Positions 58,511 through 64,000 of a stretch of DNA of 64,000 nt are shown here, piece after piece. The stretch's first letter is position 1; every line of letters starts with the position of its first letter. Source of the DNA: Candidatus Krumholzibacteriota bacterium (GTDB taxonomy: Bacteria > Krumholzibacteriota > Krumholzibacteriia > Krumholzibacteriales > Krumholzibacteriaceae). The notes beneath the pieces were generated by a model. That model searched no databases. It was not told the DNA's origin and saw nothing but the letters and a program-made list of their open reading frames with translations. The position numbers were made by a program, and so were the translations under genes. The stretch spans positions 22,828 to 86,827 of the forward strand of contig JAFGEZ010000022.1 in NCBI GenBank assembly GCA_016931295.1, written 5' to 3'.

Positions 58511-58942
58511 TCAGGCGGAGGTCGGGCTCCGGCCGGCGAAGAGGAAGCCGTACCGGTCGACGGGGGAGAAGGACACGCGGTCGGCGCCGCGCACGGGCCC
58601 CGTCCGGGCGCCGGAAACAAACGGGGGTGTCGACGGGGCCGGCGCCACGGCCGGCGGGGGGTCGAGCGATCGGCGCGGGGGGATCGGCCGGTCTATCGCG
58701 CCGTGCCCGTCGAGGTGGGCGGCCGGTTCCCCGTGGAACCCGGCAGCGGCGTCGTGGCGATCATCGTCTCCGCGGTGTCCGTCGGGGAACCCGGATTCGT
58801 GCGACGCGCATCGGGGATCGCCCGGGCAGTGGTCGTGCGACAGACAGATCGCCTGCCCGGCGACGAGAACGAGCAGGGTGAGGATCGAGAGATACCTCGC
58901 CCCCGCGCTTCTCCGGGTTCGTACGGCGATTCTCCACGGCAT
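58511..58942 (-). CDS. Small His/Asp/Cys-rich membrane-anchored or secreted hypothetical protein at the head of the metal-efflux operon
   Basis: Track ORF 58511..58972. I prefer ATG 58942. One hydrophobic segment (YLSILTLLVLVAGQAICL), followed by SHDHCPGDPRCASHESGFPDGHRGDDDRHD...HLDGHG. G/C-rich third positions are consistent with coding. Confidence 0.4.
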   Translation of the reverse strand: MPWRIAVRTRRSAGARYLSILTLLVLVAGQAICLSHDHCPGDPRCASHESGFPDGHRGDDDRHDAAAGFHGEPAAHLDGHGAIDRPIPPRRSLDPPPAVAPAPSTPPFVSGARTGPVRGADRVSFSPVDRYGFLFAGRSPTSA

Positions 58943-59012
58943 CGGGCGGTCGCTCCGGTTAATGATGACCAAAACAGTAGGTTATTGAATATACGATCGG
59001 GCCGGGGGCTTG

Positions 59013-62000
59013 TCAACCGGGTCGATGCCGTGAACGGTCCGTGTCGAGGACGCGGCGGATCCGTTCGGCCAGTTCGCGGCGGCGGACGGGTTTCGGGTAG
59101 AGCTCGCGGATGCCGACGCGCAGGAGACGTTTCTCGTCGACCATCTCCCCGTACCCCGTGCAGAGGATGATGGGGATATCGCCGCGCGCGGCGAGCATCT
59201 CCTCCGCGAGCTCGATGCCGGTCAGCCTGGGCATGGCGAGGTCGGTCAGCACGAGATCGATGGCGCCGGGGTCGGCGAGGAAGGCCTCGCGCGCCTCCTC
59301 GCTGTCGAGGAATCCCGCCACGCGGTAGCCGAGGCCCTCGAGCATCTTGCGTTCCATCTCGATGATCGTCTCCTCGTCGTCGACGATCATGATCCGCTCG
59401 GTGCCCGAGGGAAGGGGCAGAGCCGACATCTCGTCCTCGTTCGCTTCCGGTCCCTGCGGCTCGATGACCGGCAACAGGACGGTGACGGTCGTTCCCGCGC
59501 CGGGCTCGCTGCTGAGAGAGATGGCGCCGGCGCAGCTCTTGACGATACCGTGGACGACGGAGAGGCCGAGCCCCGTGCCCTCGCCCTGGTGCTTCGTCGT
59601 GAAGTAGGGCTCGAAGACCCGTTCGGCGACCGCCTGGCTCATCCCTTTTCCCGTGTCGCGGACAATCAGTTTCGCGTAGGGCCCCGGCACGAGCGATTCC
59701 TCGACGGCCGGATCCTTGCTGGCGATCTTTGTTTCCTCCAGCTCCACATGCAGCACGCCGCCCGATCCGGCCATGGCGTGATAGGCGTTGATGCAGAGAT
59801 TCATGACGATCTGCTGGATCTGCGTCGGATCGGCGAGGATCGGCCCGACATCCGGATCGATCCCGGAGACGAGCTCGATCGACGGGGGGATCGACGCCCG
59901 TATCAGCGCGAGGGCGTCCGGCACGACCGACTGGATGCGCACGGGGATGCGGTCCGCGTCCGACTGGCGGCTGAAGGTGAGGATCTGCCGGACGAGAGCC
60001 CGGGCCCGCTGCCCGGCCTTGATCACCTCGCCGATGTCCCCGTGCGCGAGGGAGCCCTGCTCGGTCTCCTCGAGCGCCATCTCGGCGAAGCCGAGGATCG
60101 GTGTGAGTATGTTGTTGAAATCGTGGGCGATGCCGCCTGCGAGCGTGCCGACCGCCTCCATCTTCTGCGCCTGGCGGACCTGCTCCTCGAGCCGGGCCGT
60201 CATCTCCTCCATGTGTTTCCGCTCGGTGATGTCTGTGACGACGACGACCATGCCCCGGAACGACTTGTCCGTTCCGGGAAGCGCCCGGACCGAGGCGTGC
60301 CCCCAGAATTCCTCGCCGTTCGCCCGGACGAACCGCCGCTCGAAGAGGAGATGATCGAGGGATCCGTCCCGCAACTGCCCGGTCGTGCGCTCGTTCGCCT
60401 CGAGAGAGGACGGGTGCAGGTACGACCGGAAATCCACGCCGATGATCTCGCCCCGCGACCGGTGCCCCAGCATGCGCGCCATCCGGTGGTTGGCGAAATC
60501 GATCCTGCCCTCGGCGTCGACGAGGGCGATTCCCGCCTCGGATGCGTCGAAGACGACGCTCATCCGTTCCTCGCTCTCCCGGAGGGCCTCCTTGGCCCGC
60601 GTCCGCTCGGCGATGTCCCGCGCGACTGCGAGGATCCGGTTCCTGCCGCCGATGACGGCCCGCCGGGCGGTCACCTCGACCCAGAAACGGCCGCCGTCCT
60701 TCCGCCTGGCGCGCCACTCGAAGATCTGCGGCGTCTTTTCCCGCGCCAGCGAGAGTCGTTTCTCGGCCTCATCCTCCGACCGGGGGGACTCGCCGGGGAA
60801 AAGCAGGCCGAGGGATTTCCCGATCATCTCGTTTCGCGAGAATCCGAACAGCACCGCCGCGCGCTCGTTGACATCGACGATCGACAGGGTGGCGTCGTCG
60901 TGAATGAGGATCGCGTCGTTCGCGCCGTTGAAGATCTCGCGGTAGTTCCGCTCGGATTCCGAGAGGGCCTTCTGCATGCGCCGCCGATGAGTGTTGTTGA
61001 TGACCAAAAGGACGATGAACATCGCCTGCACGATGACGAGGATCGCGGTGACGACGACCTTTTTCCGGTGTATCCGGAAGAAGGTCGGCATGACGTTGCG
61101 GATCCTGCTGCCCGGGGGAAGCCGCTTCTTGTCGATTCCCCATCGCTGCAGCTGGTTCCAGTTGAAGTTCACCGACCGTTCGAGGCGCTCTACGTCGATC
61201 GAATCGGGCTCCTCGCCGTTCAGGATCCTGGCGGCGAGGGCGGCCGCCGCATGGCCCTGGTCGAGCGCGCAGACGGTCGATCCGCCGAGGATGCCTTGGT
61301 GGCCGAGTAAATCCGTGTCGTACAGGCCGAAGACCGGCGCGTTCGCGCGCGCGGCGATCGACTGCAGCGCCTCCCGGGGATTGTGGCCGACGCCGTCGGC
61401 GTCGCGTTGCAGCCCGAGGTAGAAAACGATCGAGTTGGCGGGAAGGGAAGCGACCTCGTCGAGGATCCGTGCGAGGGAGCGGTCGTCCCAGGAAACGATC
61501 TCGGGGCAATCCCCGGAGAGCGCGAACTCCCGGCGGGCCTTGTTGCGGAGCATGTACTCCGACGCGTTCGTCCCCGATACGAGGTAGACGCGCCGCGTGC
61601 CGGGAAAGAGGTCGAGCGCGATTTTCATGGTGCCGGCGAAATCCTCGTTCCGGAAGACGCCGGTCATGTCGAAATCCCCCATCGCCTTGTAGATGAAGCG
61701 CTGCTCCTCCGCGGCGAAGACGTACGCCACGCCGGGAAAGAGCCGTTCGCCGTAGCGCATCACGAAGGTGACCGCCTCGGTCTCCATGCAGACCACGACG
61801 TCGAGCGATCCCGGGGGGTATTTCGCCTCGATGAGGTGGACGAGCGTCTCGCGGTAGGGCGTGCCGTCGTAGCGGGAGAGGTCGAGAAACTCGGTGTCGA
61901 TCGTCACCGGGAGGGGCACGCGGGAGCGGAAATGCGCGCGGAATCCCCGCTCGGCGCGATACTCCCACTCGACGCTGCGATTGTACGAGAGGAGCAGGAG

Positions 62001-62144
62001 GATGTGCCGCCGCCTCGCCTCTTCGCCGCCGGCGCGCGCGGGGACGGAAAGGAGGCCGGCGGCGAGGATCGATGCGGCGAGCGCCGCCGCTAAAAGCGGG
62101 GCGGCGGACGGGCGACGGCGGCGTCGGATTTCCGGGTTGCTCAT
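59013..62144 (-). CDS. Hybrid sensor histidine kinase (periplasmic solute-binding-like domain, TM, 2 PAS, HisKA, HATPase_c, REC)
   Basis: Start moved to ATG 62144. H-box GGIAHDFNNILTPILG. N, G1 and G2 boxes (NLCINAYHAM, DTGKGM, GTGLGLSVVHGIV). C-terminal REC (IMIVDDEE...DLVLTDLAMP...KP). The upstream 212 aa of the track ORF are antisense to the sigma-factor gene. Confidence 0.85.
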   Translation of the reverse strand: MSNPEIRRRRRPSAAPLLAAALAASILAAGLLSVPARAGGEEARRRHILLLLSYNRSVEWEYRAERGFRAHFRSRVPLPVTIDTEFLDLSRYDGTPYRETLVHLIEAKYPPGSLDVVVCMETEAVTFVMRYGERLFPGVAYVFAAEEQRFIYKAMGDFDMTGVFRNEDFAGTMKIALDLFPGTRRVYLVSGTNASEYMLRNKARREFALSGDCPEIVSWDDRSLARILDEVASLPANSIVFYLGLQRDADGVGHNPREALQSIAARANAPVFGLYDTDLLGHQGILGGSTVCALDQGHAAAALAARILNGEEPDSIDVERLERSVNFNWNQLQRWGIDKKRLPPGSRIRNVMPTFFRIHRKKVVVTAILVIVQAMFIVLLVINNTHRRRMQKALSESERNYREIFNGANDAILIHDDATLSIVDVNERAAVLFGFSRNEMIGKSLGLLFPGESPRSEDEAEKRLSLAREKTPQIFEWRARRKDGGRFWVEVTARRAVIGGRNRILAVARDIAERTRAKEALRESEERMSVVFDASEAGIALVDAEGRIDFANHRMARMLGHRSRGEIIGVDFRSYLHPSSLEANERTTGQLRDGSLDHLLFERRFVRANGEEFWGHASVRALPGTDKSFRGMVVVVTDITERKHMEEMTARLEEQVRQAQKMEAVGTLAGGIAHDFNNILTPILGFAEMALEETEQGSLAHGDIGEVIKAGQRARALVRQILTFSRQSDADRIPVRIQSVVPDALALIRASIPPSIELVSGIDPDVGPILADPTQIQQIVMNLCINAYHAMAGSGGVLHVELEETKIASKDPAVEESLVPGPYAKLIVRDTGKGMSQAVAERVFEPYFTTKHQGEGTGLGLSVVHGIVKSCAGAISLSSEPGAGTTVTVLLPVIEPQGPEANEDEMSALPLPSGTERIMIVDDEETIIEMERKMLEGLGYRVAGFLDSEEAREAFLADPGAIDLVLTDLAMPRLTGIELAEEMLAARGDIPIILCTGYGEMVDEKRLLRVGIRELYPKPVRRRELAERIRRVLDTDRSRHRPG

Positions 62145-62330
62145 CGTTCGATCGTCATCCGTGAAGTGGTTGCCCGGGACGCGCCGCGACCAAACGGCGT
62201 CCCGCGGCGTCCCGCTCCGCGCATGATACCCCTTTCGCGCCCGGATGACAATCGGGTTCGGTGCGGCGCGGGTCGCGGGCACACAGTCCGACCCGCGGCG
62301 CCCCGTGTGCGCGCGGCGGCGAATGCCCCG

Positions 62331-62359
62331 TTGCCGCGCGGCGGGCGACCGGGTATATT
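62331..62359 (+). promoter_or_regulatory. Sigma70-like promoter predicting a leaderless ECF sigma transcript
   Basis: TTGCCG (62331-62336), a 17-nt spacer, then TATATT (62354-62359). ATG 62367 starts 7 nt after the -10, and no SD is present. Confidence 0.3.
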
Positions 62360-62366
62360 CGGGCCC

Positions 62367-62948
62367 ATGGACGAGAAGACGCTGGTGATCCGCGCGAAGG
62401 GAGGCGATCGGGCCGCGTTCGACGAGCTCGCGTCGGCCTGGGTCGACCGCATCTATCGGCTCGGCCTCAAGCTCACCGGGGACGAGGACGAGGCGCAGGA
62501 CATCCTCCAGGAGACCTTCCTCAAGGCGGTCGACAACATCGACCGGTTCCGGATGGAGTCCTCCTTCGGCACCTGGCTGTACGCGATCGCGCTCAACGCG
62601 GTCCGGGCGGCGGCGGGCACGCGGAAGCGGATGCAGCTCAAGCCGATAGAGGAGTACGTGCCCGGCGACGGGCACGACGATCCGCGGCTCTTCGACTGGG
62701 GCGATCCCCACCGGCTCTACGAGGAGCGCGAACTCCGCCGGCTCGTCGACGAGGCGCTCGCCGCGATTCCGGAGGAGCACGCGATGCCATTCGTGCTGCG
62801 CTACGTCGAGGGGTTGCCGGTGAAGGAGATCGCCGAGGTCATGGGCCTCACCCCGGCGGCCACCAAGTCGCGGATCCTGCGCACACGCCTGGCCCTGCGG
62901 GAGCGGCTGGGCGAGAGATTCAGGGAGAAGATCGATGAAACACTGTAG
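62367..62948 (+). CDS. ECF (group IV) sigma factor
   Basis: Start moved to ATG 62367. Region 2 (DILQETFLKAVDNIDRFRMESSFGTWLYAIALNAVR) and region 4 (IPEEHAMPFVLRYVEGLPVKEIAEVMGLTPAATKSRILRTRLALR). Confidence 0.9.
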   Translation: MDEKTLVIRAKGGDRAAFDELASAWVDRIYRLGLKLTGDEDEAQDILQETFLKAVDNIDRFRMESSFGTWLYAIALNAVRAAAGTRKRMQLKPIEEYVPGDGHDDPRLFDWGDPHRLYEERELRRLVDEALAAIPEEHAMPFVLRYVEGLPVKEIAEVMGLTPAATKSRILRTRLALRERLGERFREKIDETL

Positions 62949-63210
62949 GGACTACCTCGAAAAGCTCTGCGCCTACGTCGACGGCGAGGCGGACGACGCG
63001 GCCTGCAAGGAGATCGAGACGCACCTGAAGGACTGCGAAGGGTGCCGCGTCATGGTGGACACCCTCCGCAAGACCGTCTTCCTCTGCCGCGAGGGGGATA
63101 CCGAGCCGATCCCGATCGCGCTCGGCGACAAGCTCAAGCTCCTCCTCGACCGCAAGTGGCGCGAGAAGTTCGGCGACGGCGACGGCGAGAAGCCCGGCGG
63201 CGGATCGTAG
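62935..63210 (+). CDS. Soluble zinc-binding anti-sigma factor (ZAS, RsrA-like; no TM segment)
   Basis: Track ORF of 91 aa. Overlaps the sigma gene by 14 nt. HxxxCxxC motif in THLKDCEGC, plus upstream Cys residues (C4, C12, C24). There is no hydrophobic helix. Confidence 0.8.
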   Translation: MKHCRDYLEKLCAYVDGEADDAACKEIETHLKDCEGCRVMVDTLRKTVFLCREGDTEPIPIALGDKLKLLLDRKWREKFGDGDGEKPGGGS

Positions 63211-63442
63211 CGGCGGGCCCCCGGGTCGATTTCCCCGTTTCCCCGCGCGACCGGCGCCGTGCCCGGCATCGACCCCGTCGCCACCGGCGCCGCGCGTGCC
63301 GGGCATTTTCCAATCCCTTCCCCATCTACATGTTACAGACTTTCTTCTACCGAAACGAATAAATCGAGAATCATTCCGCCTCCCGTTCCATCAAAAGGGT
63401 TACATGCCGGGACATCCGCCCGGCCTACACAGGAGGCAGGAC

Positions 63443-64000
63443 ATGCGCAGACAACTCGAGGAATTCTCGATCGATCATCCCTGGGCGGTCATCGTGGCGG
63501 TCGCCGTCATCACCGTCTTCTTCGCGTTCCAGCTCCCCGGCATCCGTATCGACACGGACCCGGAGAACATGCTCGAGGCGGACGAACCGGCCCGCCTCTT
63601 CGATCACGAGGTGAAGGAGGAGTTCGCCATCTCCGACATCATCGCCGTCGGCGTGGTCTCCGAGGAAGGCGTCTTCACGAAGGAGGCACTGGGGAGAGTG
63701 TACCGGATAGCGGCGGAGATCGCCCGCATCGACGGCGTCGTGGCCGACGACATGCTCGCCCCGTCGATGGTCGACGACATCCGGCAGGACGACGACGGCG
63801 TGATGGTCGTCTCCGCGCTTCTCCCGCACGAGCCGGCGAACGATGCCGAGGCCGCGTTCGTTCTCGAGCGCATCCGGGAGAATCCGATCTTCCGGGGCAA
63901 GCTCGCCTCCGACGACGGCAAGGCCATCGCGTTGTACGTGCCGATCGAATCGAAGAGCATGTCCCACCGGATCGCCGGCGAGATGCAGGAGATCATCCAC
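63443..64000 (+). CDS. MMPL/RND-superfamily membrane transporter, 5' part (continues beyond the window)
   Basis: Not in the ORF track because it has no stop in the window. AGGAGG at 63431-63436, ATG at 63443. My translation: MRRQLEEFSIDHPWAVIVAVAVITVFFAFQLPGIRIDTDPENMLEADEPARLFDHEVKEEFAISDIIAVGVVSEEGVFT... This is the typical N-terminus (TM1 plus periplasmic loop) of MMPL/HpnN-like exporters. Confidence 0.7.
   Translation, partial: MRRQLEEFSIDHPWAVIVAVAVITVFFAFQLPGIRIDTDPENMLEADEPARLFDHEVKEEFAISDIIAVGVVSEEGVFTKEALGRVYRIAAEIARIDGVVADDMLAPSMVDDIRQDDDGVMVVSALLPHEPANDAEAAFVLERIRENPIFRGKLASDDGKAIALYVPIESKSMSHRIAGEMQEIIH

Noticed and set aside
46550-62780. Shadow ORFs 46550..48244 (+), 46749..48446 (-), 49181..51667 (+), 49329..51032 (-), 51333..52346 (-), 52199..53932 (-), 52687..55590 (+), 55544..56680 (+), 58693..60717 (-), 59550..61310 (+), and the N-terminal 212 aa of 59013..62780 (-).
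   Set aside because: The composition is biased and no motifs are present. Each overlaps a convincingly assigned gene on the other strand or in another frame.
63259-63309. Hairpin TGCCCGGCA...TGCCGGGCA followed by TTTT as a terminator of the sigma/anti-sigma operon.
   Set aside because: The stem is only 9 bp, the loop is about 28 nt, and the T-tract is short. This is too weak to call as a feature.
1-64000. Looked for rRNA, tRNA, CRISPR arrays, transposases, integrases, phage genes, toxin-antitoxin pairs and defence-system signatures.
   Set aside because: None was recognised by eye. No cloverleaf-like or rRNA-like conserved stretches were seen, and no DDE, tyrosine-recombinase or nuclease/helicase-type ORFs. 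A tRNAscan/Infernal run and defence-system HMMs would be needed to exclude small RNAs and unfamiliar systems.

Overview
Visibly GC-rich bacterial chromosomal segment: third codon positions are dominated by G/C, and almost every real gene has a long Arg/Gly/Pro-rich shadow ORF on the opposite strand or in another frame. It probably comes from an uncultivated anaerobe. A T9SS/FlgD-Ig-type C-terminal sorting domain hints at an FCB-like or related candidate lineage (inference only). I support about 56 protein-coding genes. I recognised no rRNA, tRNA, CRISPR array, transposase or integrase.

Content from left to right:
1. A dsrE-like, tusA, mvhD, hdrA(short), hdrA(long) operon. The long hdrA runs off the left edge and is missing from the ORF track. 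It faces a divergent DUF5320 / ArsR-rhodanese regulator operon, and both -10 boxes are followed by matching TCCA-N8-TGGA inverted repeats.
2. A REC-hydC-hydB-hydA [FeFe]-hydrogenase operon with a minimal HydB and a Cys-to-Ser change in H-cluster motif L1.
3. A secreted triple-repeat protein.
4. An adaptor plus two tandem RND permeases (MdtABC-like).
5. An XRE/membrane-protein pair, several lipoproteins and secreted proteins, and an ECF sigma / anti-sigma / lipoprotein operon.
6. A FadL-MarR pair, followed by a 12-ORF Mrp-antiporter-linked, complex-I-related operon in the Thermococcales mbxA-N gene order. It has an incomplete NiFe cysteine set, a fused double antiporter subunit, a NuoI::GltD fusion and a coupled rubrerythrin-like gene.
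7. A CoA-disulfide-reductase / NSR-like flavoprotein.
8. A CusCBA-like metal efflux operon with a small His-rich protein.
9. A hybrid histidine kinase.
10. An ECF sigma with a soluble zinc-finger (ZAS) anti-sigma.
11. The 5' part of an MMPL/RND-superfamily gene, also missing from the ORF track.

The most interesting theme is the clustering of sulfane-sulfur handling, H2 and NAD(P)H-linked ion-translocating redox modules in non-canonical arrangements. All family assignments come from reading motifs by eye. No database search was possible.
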